Shown piece after piece: positions 1-8,858 of a stretch of 51,173 nucleotides of DNA. The stretch is from positions 1 to 51,173 of the forward strand of contig JAZNNH010000043.1 of assembly GCA_045580105.1 (NCBI GenBank), in the 5' to 3' direction. Source of the DNA: Eubacteriales bacterium. Lineage in GTDB: Bacteria > Bacillota > Clostridia > Oscillospirales > SIG627. The notes under the pieces are model-generated. The model was not told where the DNA came from. It worked only from the letters and a program-made list of their open reading frames with translations, and made no database searches. The position numbers were made by a program, and so were the translations under genes. How positions within the stretch are numbered: position 1 is the first letter of the stretch; the number at the start of each line of letters is the position of its first letter.

Positions 1-156
1 ACATGGCTACGATCCGACTTAGCGCCCTTCCCCCCTTTTCAAACTACGTTCAATATATCATATCCGAGGTAAAAATACAAGGGGGAAACCGGATTGCTTC
101 GGGGTGATTTTTGACCGAAAAAGATGAAAAAGGGGTATACAAAATGAAAATTTAGT

Positions 157-164
157 TGTATAAT
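157..164 (+). promoter_or_regulatory. candidate extended -10 promoter (TGTATAAT) for the nusB leader
   Basis: tgtataat at 157-164; weak -35; followed by about 250 nt without a credible ORF before nusB. Confidence 0.35.
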
Positions 165-418
165 AAAATTAAATCATACGCCCTCTTGCCGTTTTCCGGG
201 ACGCGGCGTTTGCTTTTGAAAAGTGCGCTGAAGTCAGCGTTGCCGTGCCACGAGCGCTTTGCCAAAGAGGGGGCAAGCCGAGCCGAAGAGCTGTCTTTCG
301 GGTCGAAAACACAGCGAATAATATTCTTTCGGATGCATGAGAAGCACACCGCCGTAGGTTGGTGTGGAAAAACAAAACCGTAAGGGGAATTGCCTCTTAC
401 CGAAAAAAAGGAGTATCT

Positions 419-826
419 ATGGCCCTGAACCGCAGAAAAGAACGAGAGTTGGTATTTCAAATGCTCTTCGCCGCGCAGTTTTCTTCCGAGGAGGAAACCG
501 CCGCGCTTTATGAAAGCTTGATCGGAGAATGTGAAACCGAGGGTGCGAGCGAGAGCGAATATATAAAAGACGTCTTTTGCGGTGCTTGGGACGGGCACGA
601 AGCGGTGCGCGAAAAGATCGAGAGTGCCGCAGAGGGCTGGCGCGTGGAGCGCTTTTCCAAAGCCACGCTTGCCATTTTGTATCTTGCTGTGTTTGAAATG
701 GAACAGCGCGAGGACGTTCCGGTGAAAATCGCCATCAACGAAGCGGTGGAACTTGCCAAGCGCTTTGCCGAGGACGGCAGCCGCAAGTTCATCAACGGAA
801 TTTTGGGCACACTGGCAGGCAAATGA
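419..826 (+). CDS. nusB: transcription antitermination factor NusB
   Basis: MALNRRKERELVFQMLF... and C-terminal FINGILG are typical NusB; SD aaaggag at 407-413; start trimmed from the 359 ORF. Confidence 0.9.
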   Translation: MALNRRKERELVFQMLFAAQFSSEEETAALYESLIGECETEGASESEYIKDVFCGAWDGHEAVREKIESAAEGWRVERFSKATLAILYLAVFEMEQREDVPVKIAINEAVELAKRFAEDGSRKFINGILGTLAGK

Positions 827-827
827 A

Positions 828-1811
828 ATGAAGGTCGGAATTCATTTCGGAATCGACACCAGTAATTATACGACTTCGGCGGCAGCGATCAGTTCTGCCG
901 GAGAGGTCTTTTGCGCAAAGCGCCCTCTTGCCGTTTTGCCGGGTGACCGGGGACTGCGGCAGAGCGACGCTTTGTTTTGTCATACCAGAGATTTGCACGA
1001 GGTTGTCAAGCAGTGCCTTGAAAAGGTAAAACTCGCGCACGAAGAATACGAAATCCTGTCCGTCGGTGTATCCACTCAGCCCCGTCGGGTCGAGGGCTCG
1101 TATATGCCCTGCTTTTTGGCGGGGGTCAATGCCGCGGAGAGCGCCGCCGCTCTTTTGGGCGTTCCGTGTTTTTCGTTTTCCCACCAAGAGGGACACTTGG
1201 AAGCGGCACGGCTGGGCTCGGCGCAGGAGGGGAAAGAACTCAAGAAAGAAGAATTTTTGGCATTTCACCTCTCGGGCGGGACGACGGAGCTGCTTTCCGT
1301 TCGGCAAAGCGAGGGTCGCTACGACGCTGCGCTTTTGTGTGCCACGCTGGACGTAACTTGCGGTCAGCTCATTGACCGATGCGGCACGGCGATGGGGCTT
1401 TCGTTCCCCTCGGGTCCCGAATTGGAAGCGCTGGCAGAGAGGTCGAACCGGCGTTTTAAAATCAAAATCCCCGCCAAGGAAAAGGGCATCAACCTGTCCG
1501 GCTTTGAAAATCAGTTTCAGAAGAAAAAAAACGAGGGGGCATCCCGCGAGGACCTTGCCCGCTTTGTGTTTGACGTTGTGATTGCCGCGATCGACGCCCT
1601 GCTTTCCCTTGCAGGGGACGTGGAAAAACCGGTTCTGTTTTCCGGCGGTGTTTCTTCTTCTCGCATCTTGCGGGAGCATTTTAACGGGTCGCGCTATTAT
1701 TTTGCGCCCGCCGCGTATTCTGCCGACAATGCCATCGGCATTGCTTCTCTGGCAGGGAAAGGAGTTCTTCTTGGATCGACAGCAAGCGCTGACCGTCACG
1801 GGTCTGAATGA
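828..1811 (+). CDS. TsaD/Kae1 (peptidase M22, ASKHA fold) family protein, divergent paralog
   Basis: GIDTSNYTTS phosphate-1-like motif, HQEGH metal motif, SGGVSSS, ADNAIGIA; ATG at 828 directly after the nusB stop. Confidence 0.7.
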   Translation: MKVGIHFGIDTSNYTTSAAAISSAGEVFCAKRPLAVLPGDRGLRQSDALFCHTRDLHEVVKQCLEKVKLAHEEYEILSVGVSTQPRRVEGSYMPCFLAGVNAAESAAALLGVPCFSFSHQEGHLEAARLGSAQEGKELKKEEFLAFHLSGGTTELLSVRQSEGRYDAALLCATLDVTCGQLIDRCGTAMGLSFPSGPELEALAERSNRRFKIKIPAKEKGINLSGFENQFQKKKNEGASREDLARFVFDVVIAAIDALLSLAGDVEKPVLFSGGVSSSRILREHFNGSRYYFAPAAYSADNAIGIASLAGKGVLLGSTASADRHGSE

Positions 1812-2976
1812 ATATATCAAGGGAAAGCTCGAAAGCGATCCGCTTTTGAGCCGCGTCTTGGTCAAAGGCGAGATCTCCAATTTTGTCAATCACTATAAGA
1901 CGGGGCATTTTTATCTGTCCCTCAAGGACGAGGGCGGCGTCATCCGCGCGGTGATGTTCCGTATGAACGCGCAAAAGCTCGGCTTTGTTCCCGAAAACGG
2001 AATGAAGGTCGTGTGTTCGGGAAGAGTTTCCTCTTACGTGAAGGACGGACAGTATCAGCTTTATATTTCCGATATGCAGCCCGACGGGGTCGGTGCCCTG
2101 TATATCGCGTTTGAACAACTGAAAAAGAAACTGGAGGCAGAGGGACTGTTTGATCCCGCCTACAAAAAGCCCTTGCCGAAATATCCGCGCACGGTCGGCA
2201 TCATCACCAGCCCCACGGGCGCCGCAATCCGCGATATGATCAACGTATCCGGCAGACGCTTTCCGCTGGCAAAGCTGGTTTTGTATCCGAGTCTTGTGCA
2301 GGGCGAGGGAGCGCCGGCACAGCTGATCCGCGGTGTGGAATTCTTCAACCAAAAAAGGCCGGTGGACGTCATCATTTTAGGACGCGGCGGCGGTAGCTTA
2401 GAGGAGCTTTGGGCGTTCAACGACGAGGGGCTTGCCCGCGCGATTTTCGCCTCTTCCATTCCCGTCATCTCCGCCGTGGGTCACGAAACGGATTTTTCCA
2501 TCAGCGATTTCGTGGCGGACTTAAGAGCCCCGACCCCGTCTGCGGCAGCCGAGCTTGCTCTGCCCGAAGCGGGGGAAGTGAAGCGTAAACTTCGAAACGT
2601 GATCGACCGAATGGAGCTGGTCACCGACGGCAGAATCCGAACGCTCCGCTCCCGCTTAGAGGCGCTTGCCGCCTCGCGCCAAATGCAGAATATGATGGCG
2701 CAGGTCGACGATCGGCGCATGGCGCTCGCTTCGCTCGATCGGGAACTGGAAAATAAGATGGAACGCAATCTGACGGCAAAAAAGAGTCAGTTTTTGCAAC
2801 TGGCAGGAAAGCTCGATGCCCTCAGCCCCCTTTCGGTGTTGACGAGGGGCTACAGCGCACTCTTTGATGAAACGGGCAAGACCCTGCGCACGAAACAAGA
2901 CCTTGCACCCGGTAAAAAGGTGGACATCCGCCTGTGTGACGGCAAGGCGAAAGCCGAAATTCTGGAGGTAGAATGA
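1771..2976 (+). CDS. xseA: exodeoxyribonuclease VII large subunit
   Basis: LTVTGLNEYIKGKLESDPLL OB-fold N-terminus and GRGGGSLEELWAFNDE core. The start is uncertain: TTG 1771 fits the family N-terminus, the alternative ATG is at 1729, and both overlap the upstream gene. Confidence 0.85.
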   Translation: MDRQQALTVTGLNEYIKGKLESDPLLSRVLVKGEISNFVNHYKTGHFYLSLKDEGGVIRAVMFRMNAQKLGFVPENGMKVVCSGRVSSYVKDGQYQLYISDMQPDGVGALYIAFEQLKKKLEAEGLFDPAYKKPLPKYPRTVGIITSPTGAAIRDMINVSGRRFPLAKLVLYPSLVQGEGAPAQLIRGVEFFNQKRPVDVIILGRGGGSLEELWAFNDEGLARAIFASSIPVISAVGHETDFSISDFVADLRAPTPSAAAELALPEAGEVKRKLRNVIDRMELVTDGRIRTLRSRLEALAASRQMQNMMAQVDDRRMALASLDRELENKMERNLTAKKSQFLQLAGKLDALSPLSVLTRGYSALFDETGKTLRTKQDLAPGKKVDIRLCDGKAKAEILEVE

Positions 2977-2977
2977 T

Positions 2978-3220
2978 ATGAGTCAAACCAAAAAAGACGA
3001 ACAGACCTTTGAAGAAATGCTCCGCCGCTTGGAGGAGATCGTACGGGCGCTGGATTCGGTGGAAACGCCGCTTGATACCTCCCTTGCTTTGTTTGAAGAG
3101 GGCGCAAAGCTTGTGCGCCTTTGCACGGAAAAGCTGGACGACGCACAGCAAAAGGTGACGATTCTGACCTCGGGTGAGGGCGGCGTGACGGAAGTACCCT
3201 TTGCCCCCCAAGGATCATGA
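2978..3220 (+). CDS. xseB: exodeoxyribonuclease VII small subunit
   Basis: 80 aa; FEEMLRRLEEIVRALDS...LALFEEGAKLVRLC is typical XseB; adjacent to xseA. Confidence 0.9.
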   Translation: MSQTKKDEQTFEEMLRRLEEIVRALDSVETPLDTSLALFEEGAKLVRLCTEKLDDAQQKVTILTSGEGGVTEVPFAPQGS

Positions 3221-5055
3221 AACTTCTCGATACTCCGGCGCAACTGAAGGCGTTGACGACCGAGCAGGCACAGCAGTATTGCCAAACGATCCGCTCGTTT
3301 TTGGTGCAATCGGTCAGCCGAACGGGAGGGCATCTTGCCAGTAACCTCGGTATTGTGGAAATCAGCGTTGCCTTGGCGCGTGTGATGGATCTTCCCTTGG
3401 AACAGGTGGTTTACGATACCGGCCATCAGTCGTACGTGCATAAGATTCTGACCGGCAGAGCGGATCGCTTTGACACGCTTCGCTCGTTCGGGGGGCTGTC
3501 GGGTTTTCCCCGTCGGGAGGAATCGGAATACGACCCCTTCGGTACGGGTCATTCCGGCACCGGCATTTCCGCCGCGCTGGGTCTTGCCCGCGCCAAAAAG
3601 CTTCGCGGAGAAGACGGCTTTTGCGTGGCGGTGATCGGCGACGGTGCGTTTACCGGCGGAATGGTCTTTGAGGCGCTCAACAACATTGCGCCCACGGAAA
3701 AGCTGATCATCATTTTAAACGACAACGGAATGAGCATTTCCAAAAGCGTGGGCCGAGTCAAATCGCAGCTCAATCGCATGCGCACGGCGGGCTACTATCG
3801 CTTGAAAGGCGAAGTGCGCGGAACGCTTTCGCATCTTCCCTTGGTGGGAGAGCCGATTGCCCGCGTGGCGCGGCAGGTAAAAAACAGCGTGAAGCGCTCC
3901 GCCTTGCCGATGGGAAATTTGTTTGAACAGTTCGGGCTTCACTATTTCGGGCCCGCAGACGGAAACGATTTGGAAACGGTGGAATTTCTCTTGCGGGAAG
4001 CCAAAAAGAGAAATCGCCCGTCGATTTTACATCTTTGTACCGAAAAAGGACGCGGCTTTGAGCCTGCCCGAAAAGACCCCTCGCGCTTCCACGGCATTGC
4101 CGCGCAAGAGGGAAAAAAAGAAAGCGGACCCGGTGCATCTTCGGTTTTCGGGGAGTGCTTGACCAAGCTTGCCGAAGAGGATCCCCGCATCGTGGCGATC
4201 ACCGCGGCGATGACGGATGGGGTGGGGCTTACCTCGTTTGCCCGCCGCTACCCCGATCGCTTTTTTGACGTCGGCATTGCAGAGGAACACGCGATGACCT
4301 TTGCGTCTGCCCTTGCCGCCGGCGGAATGAAGCCCTGCTTTGCGGTGTACGCAACCTTTTATCAGCGCGCGGTGGATCAGCTCCTTCACGATGCCGCCTT
4401 GCAGAATTTACCGATCGTTTTGGCTCTGGATCGAGCGGGGCTGGTCGGTGAAGACGGCGCGACGCATCACGGGGTGTTCGATCTTCCGCTCACCCTTCCC
4501 ATTCCCGGTGTGAAAATTTACGCACCTGCGTGTAAAGAGGAAATGATGCGACACCTTCGCCGCGGCTTTTCCGAAACGGCTTGCCCCAGCGTGATCCGCT
4601 ATGCCAAGGGCGCATTTTCCGAAGCGATTCCGTGCGCCTTTCCTTGCGAACAGGACGTGGAATGGATCGATTTGGGCGAGGGCGTGCCGGAAGCGTGCGT
4701 GGTCAGCTTCGGAAGACAGACGGTGTCGGTGCTCGAGAGCGCGAAAACGAGCGGTGCGAGTGTGCGCGTGATCCGCTTTGCCGTTCTCAAAGGGTTTGAT
4801 ATGGATTTGTTGCAGACGGCTTTTGCAGGAATGCAGCGCGTCTTGTTTGTAGAGGAATCCGTCGAAATCGGGGGATTTTCTCAGTATCTTTGGAATCTCT
4901 TATCTCAAAATCGGAATCATTCGATTTTGTTTACTAAAATTCTTGCGATCGGAGACGCCTTCGTCGGGCACGGGAAGAACGCGTGCTTGCTGGAGGATTT
5001 GAACTTGCAAAAAGACGCCATCAGAAAGGAAATCGAATCGCTTGTCAAGACTTGA
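3217..5055 (+). CDS. dxs: 1-deoxy-D-xylulose-5-phosphate synthase
   Basis: GGHLASNLG, GTGHSGTGISAALG and the GDGAFTGGMVFEALNN TPP motif; ATGA overlap with xseB. Confidence 0.95.
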   Translation: MKLLDTPAQLKALTTEQAQQYCQTIRSFLVQSVSRTGGHLASNLGIVEISVALARVMDLPLEQVVYDTGHQSYVHKILTGRADRFDTLRSFGGLSGFPRREESEYDPFGTGHSGTGISAALGLARAKKLRGEDGFCVAVIGDGAFTGGMVFEALNNIAPTEKLIIILNDNGMSISKSVGRVKSQLNRMRTAGYYRLKGEVRGTLSHLPLVGEPIARVARQVKNSVKRSALPMGNLFEQFGLHYFGPADGNDLETVEFLLREAKKRNRPSILHLCTEKGRGFEPARKDPSRFHGIAAQEGKKESGPGASSVFGECLTKLAEEDPRIVAITAAMTDGVGLTSFARRYPDRFFDVGIAEEHAMTFASALAAGGMKPCFAVYATFYQRAVDQLLHDAALQNLPIVLALDRAGLVGEDGATHHGVFDLPLTLPIPGVKIYAPACKEEMMRHLRRGFSETACPSVIRYAKGAFSEAIPCAFPCEQDVEWIDLGEGVPEACVVSFGRQTVSVLESAKTSGASVRVIRFAVLKGFDMDLLQTAFAGMQRVLFVEESVEIGGFSQYLWNLLSQNRNHSILFTKILAIGDAFVGHGKNACLLEDLNLQKDAIRKEIESLVKT

Positions 5056-5779
5056 TACGTATTTGCATGAAAACGGCTATGCCGCCAGCCGCGCCCTTGC
5101 CGCCAAACTGGTTCGGGGCGGATACGTCTTTTTGGACGGAAAAGAATGCCGCAAGCCCAGCACGCCGGTGCAGGAGGGCGCCTCGGTTCTCATTCAGGAA
5201 AGCCCTCTGACCCGATACGTGTCCCGCGGCGGACTGAAACTGGAAGCGGCGCTGAACGCTTGGCAGATCTCGCCCGAAGGCGCAGTGTGTGCGGATATCG
5301 GTGCCTCCACGGGCGGCTTTACCGATTGCCTCCTGCAGCACGGAGCGGCGAGGGTTTATGCCGTGGATTCGGGAAGCGGTCAGCTTCACCCTGCTTTGCG
5401 GGAAAACGAGCACGTCGTTTCGATGGAAAACGTGAACGCGCGTTTTCTCAACGAAAAAACCTTCGGCAAAGTGGATCTTGTGGTGATGGACGTGTCGTTC
5501 ATTTCGCAAACTCTGCTTTACTCCGCAGTGACGAAGATTTTATCGCCCGGCGGGAAATTTGTTTCCCTTGTCAAGCCCCAATTTGAAGTGGGAAGAGAGT
5601 TCATCGGCTCGGGCGGGATCGTGCGAAGCGAAAAGGCACGGGAGGCGTGTCTGGAAAACATCCGCCTGCAGGCGCAAAAGGCGGGACTGAACCTGCTCTC
5701 CGTCATCCCCTCTCCGATTGCCGGAGGGGACGGAAACGTAGAATACTTGGCTTTATTTGAATTTGAAAATGCGTCCTAA
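5042..5779 (+). CDS. tlyA: TlyA-family rRNA (cytidine-2'-O)-methyltransferase
   Basis: N-terminal S4 domain plus DIGASTGGFTDCLLQHGA SAM motif; TTG start overlapping the dxs end by 14 nt. Confidence 0.85.
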   Translation: MSRLDTYLHENGYAASRALAAKLVRGGYVFLDGKECRKPSTPVQEGASVLIQESPLTRYVSRGGLKLEAALNAWQISPEGAVCADIGASTGGFTDCLLQHGAARVYAVDSGSGQLHPALRENEHVVSMENVNARFLNEKTFGKVDLVVMDVSFISQTLLYSAVTKILSPGGKFVSLVKPQFEVGREFIGSGGIVRSEKAREACLENIRLQAQKAGLNLLSVIPSPIAGGDGNVEYLALFEFENAS

Positions 5780-5795
5780 CGGAAAGGAGATCGGA

Positions 5796-6638
5796 ATGAA
5801 TGTGATCGGAATGTACCCCAATATCAAACGTGATATCGGGCTTTGCTATACCAAAGAAGCGGTCAAGGTGCTCCGCGCCCATCCGGTTTTGATTTTACTG
5901 CCGCAGGAATTGAAGCAGCACTGGCAAGGGGATGCAAGCGGATTGGAATTCGTTCCCGAAGAGGAACTGTTTTCCCGCAGTGACTGTCTTGTCACCTTAG
6001 GAGGGGACGGTACGATCCTTTCGGTTGCCGATTGCGCGGCGGAAGCGGACCTTCCCATTTTCGGAATTAACTTGGGCAGAGTCGGGTTTATGGCAACGGT
6101 GGAGAAAAAAGAAATTGCCAAAATCGATTGTCTGATGACGGGTAATTTTTCCGAATCCTCTCGTATGCTCCTTTCTTGCTACGTCAACGGCAAGGAAGAA
6201 ATGCGCGCGCTCAATGAATTTGTCATTGCGCCGGAGAGAGGGATTCACATGATTGAGCTTTCCCTCTTCGCCGACCGAAAACGGCTTTGCGATTTTCGCG
6301 CAGACGGGCTGATTTTCAACACCCCCAACGGATCGACCGGCTATTCCTTTTCCGCAGGGGGCGCGGTGGTCGATGCGGAATTTGATTCCATCGGAGTCAA
6401 AGCCGTGTCTTCCTATCTTTTGATCAACGCCCATCACATGATCTTTTCCCCGGAAACGGTGTTCACCGCCAAAAACATTCAAAGCGACGGTTCCTCCGTC
6501 TCGGTATGCGCGGACGGCAGACAGTCCGTTCTGCTTTCGCCCGATGACACCGTGAAAATCTGCCGCAGCAAAAAAAGAGTGCGGCTGATTACCGTATCCA
6601 AACGCAGCAATTTAGAAGTATTTTTCCGTAAATTTTAG
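5796..6638 (+). CDS. nadK: NAD kinase
   Basis: GGDGTIL and NTPNGSTGYSFSAGG motifs; start trimmed to MNVIGMY behind SD ggaaaggaga. Confidence 0.9.
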   Translation: MNVIGMYPNIKRDIGLCYTKEAVKVLRAHPVLILLPQELKQHWQGDASGLEFVPEEELFSRSDCLVTLGGDGTILSVADCAAEADLPIFGINLGRVGFMATVEKKEIAKIDCLMTGNFSESSRMLLSCYVNGKEEMRALNEFVIAPERGIHMIELSLFADRKRLCDFRADGLIFNTPNGSTGYSFSAGGAVVDAEFDSIGVKAVSSYLLINAHHMIFSPETVFTAKNIQSDGSSVSVCADGRQSVLLSPDDTVKICRSKKRVRLITVSKRSNLEVFFRKF

Positions 6639-6647
6639 GAGAAAAAG

Positions 6648-7112
6648 ATGAAAAACGATCGCCAACTGAAAATTTTGGAAATCATTGCCGATGAAGAAAT
6701 CCGCACCCAAGAGGAATTGATTTTAGCCCTTCGTCGTTTTGGCTTTGCCGCCACGCAGGCGACGGTATCCCGTGACATCAAGGAATTGCACCTGCAGAAG
6801 ATCACCGCCAAATCCGGCGGTACCAAGTATGCGGTGGAGGGGACTGCCAAGGAAAAGCAAAAGGAAACGGTGGATAAATACCGGAACGTCTTGCATCAGG
6901 TGCTGACCAGCGCCGTGCCCGCCGGTAATATCGGCGTGGTGAAAACTCTTTCCGGCACCGCCAATGCCGCCGCCGCGGCGCTGGAGGCAATGGAATTCGG
7001 CGAGATCATCGGCACGCTTGCGGGCGACGACACGCTTTTGGTGCTCTTTGCCAACGACCGTACCGCCTTTGAGTTTTGCCAGAAGATCAATCATCTCTAT
7101 CTGAAAGATTAA
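6648..7112 (+). CDS. argR: arginine repressor
   Basis: winged-helix ATQATVSRDIKEL and C-terminal GTLAGDDTLLV. Confidence 0.9.
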   Translation: MKNDRQLKILEIIADEEIRTQEELILALRRFGFAATQATVSRDIKELHLQKITAKSGGTKYAVEGTAKEKQKETVDKYRNVLHQVLTSAVPAGNIGVVKTLSGTANAAAAALEAMEFGEIIGTLAGDDTLLVLFANDRTAFEFCQKINHLYLKD

Positions 7113-7127
7113 TTTTGGGAGATCACG

Positions 7128-8837
7128 ATGCTTGCCAATCTTTTCGTGACCGATCTTGCCCTCATCCGACACCTTTCGGTGGATTTTCATGCGGGCTTTT
7201 CGGTGCTGACCGGTCAAACCGGTGCAGGAAAAAGTTTGATTTTAGATGCGCTCAATTTGTTTTTAGAGCAAAAGGGCGCAAAGGAATTGGTGCGCGAAGG
7301 GGCACCGAAACTGGAGGTTTCCCTCTTTTTTGATGAAATTTCACCCGATACGGCACGCCTTCTCTCCGATTATTTTTGCGAGGAGGACGTGGCGGAGGGC
7401 ATCACGCTGATGCGGCAAGTGACCTCCGACGGAAAGAGCACCTGCAAAATCGGTGGGCGCACGGTTCCGTTTTCGCAGTTAAAGAGCGTGGCGCAGCATC
7501 TTTTGTCCATTCAAGGGCAAAACGCCGCCGGTGCTTTGCTCGACGAGAAGAATCACCGTGGGTATTTGGACAGCGCTCTGTCTGATGCCGATCAGCAGGT
7601 TTTGGAAGAATACCGCGCGCTTTATCGCGACTGGGTCAAAGAAAAAAACGCCCTGCAGCAAATGAAAGAAACGGCATCTTCCGGAAAAGAGAAGCTTGCG
7701 CTTTTGGACTTTCAGATGAAAGAAATTGAAAAAGTCAAGCCGAAACGCGGCGAAGAGGAAGCGCTGGAGGCGCGCCTTTCGGCGTTGAAAAATTCCGAAA
7801 AAATCCACGCCGCGCTGTACACCGCCGACCGTGCGCTCTCGGGCGGAGAAAAGGGAAGAGGGGCGGTGTTCCTCTTGGAGGCGGCGGCAGGAAAATTAGA
7901 AACGCTGGGAGAGCCGGACCCCGATTTTGCGCTTGCGGGCGAGCTGTATGAAATTTCCCGTCGGGTCAAGGAGATGGCAGGGGAAGTGTCCTACCGTCTT
8001 TCGCAGGTGGGCGAAGAAGATCCGGCTACCCTTGTGGATAAGATCCAGCGCAGATTGGATCTGCTTTACAAGCTAAAACTCAAATACGGCAGTACCGTAG
8101 AGGAAGTGATTTCCTACTACGAGTCGATAAAACAGCAAAAAGACTTGACGATGACCTTGAAAGATGATATAAAAAGAGCGACCGAGCAGCTTTCCGCGCT
8201 CGAACACAAGGTCAAAGAGGTCGGCGCGAAGCTGACGCGGGCAAGAAAGACGCTGGCAAGGGCGCTGGAAGAAGAGATCGGCTCGGTGCTGACGTTTTTG
8301 GATATGCCCCAAACCCGATTTTTTGTTCAGCTATCCCCGACCGAACCGGGTCCGGAGGGGCTGGAGAGTGTGTCGTTTGCCATTTCTCCGAACCTCGGCG
8401 AGGGCACAAAGCCCTTGGCTCAAATCGCGTCCGGCGGTGAGAGCAGCCGAATTATGCTGGCGCTTCACTTGAAACTGGGACGGGCGAAGGATGCGGACAC
8501 AATGGTCTTTGACGAGGTGGATACGGGAATTTCCGGTGCGACCGCACAAAAGATCGCCTTGGCACTCAAAAAACTGTCGCAGCGCAAGCAGGTTTTGTGT
8601 GTGACGCATTCGGCGCAGGTTTCCACGCTTTCCGACCACCACTATCTGGTGGAAAAAAGCCAAGAAGACGGCAGAACCCAAACTCGGCTGTTTTGTTTGG
8701 ACGAAGAGGGACGGCTTTTGGAAAACGCCCGCTTATTTGCCGGCGCGACCCTGACGCAGGAAGCCAAGAGCGCCGCGGAGGATCTGAGGAGACAAGGGCT
8801 GCGAGAATATGAAAAATGGAAGGATACGATCCTTTGA
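7128..8837 (+). CDS. recN: DNA repair protein RecN
   Basis: Walker A GQTGAGKS, long coiled coil, signature ASGGESSRIMLAL, Walker B MVFDEVDTGISG. Confidence 0.95.
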   Translation: MLANLFVTDLALIRHLSVDFHAGFSVLTGQTGAGKSLILDALNLFLEQKGAKELVREGAPKLEVSLFFDEISPDTARLLSDYFCEEDVAEGITLMRQVTSDGKSTCKIGGRTVPFSQLKSVAQHLLSIQGQNAAGALLDEKNHRGYLDSALSDADQQVLEEYRALYRDWVKEKNALQQMKETASSGKEKLALLDFQMKEIEKVKPKRGEEEALEARLSALKNSEKIHAALYTADRALSGGEKGRGAVFLLEAAAGKLETLGEPDPDFALAGELYEISRRVKEMAGEVSYRLSQVGEEDPATLVDKIQRRLDLLYKLKLKYGSTVEEVISYYESIKQQKDLTMTLKDDIKRATEQLSALEHKVKEVGAKLTRARKTLARALEEEIGSVLTFLDMPQTRFFVQLSPTEPGPEGLESVSFAISPNLGEGTKPLAQIASGGESSRIMLALHLKLGRAKDADTMVFDEVDTGISGATAQKIALALKKLSQRKQVLCVTHSAQVSTLSDHHYLVEKSQEDGRTQTRLFCLDEEGRLLENARLFAGATLTQEAKSAAEDLRRQGLREYEKWKDTIL

Positions 8838-8858
8838 GGATAAAGAAAGGTTAGAGTT

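Noticed and set aside
1-150. A possible gene fragment or small ORF at the left edge (ATG at 3, 33 codons; or a minus-strand start at 2-4)
   Set aside because: The sequence is too short, has no SD at a workable distance and no recognisable product, and cannot be supported from this window.
156-598. ORFs 156-383 (+) and 152-598 (-) upstream of and overlapping nusB
   Set aside because: The plus-strand ORF starts at a TTG inside the -10 box with no SD. The minus-strand ORF is antisense to nusB. Neither has recognisable motifs.
792-1889. Long antisense ORFs opposite well-supported genes (792-1889, 8733-10226, 15923-17026, 18753-19514, 23594-24487, 24503-25336, 35867-36703, 37393-38175, 47771-49024 and others)
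   Set aside because: They are shadow frames of GC-balanced genes. Their translations are low-complexity or Arg/Gly/His-rich with no recognisable motifs or SDs, while the opposite strand carries unambiguous family signatures.
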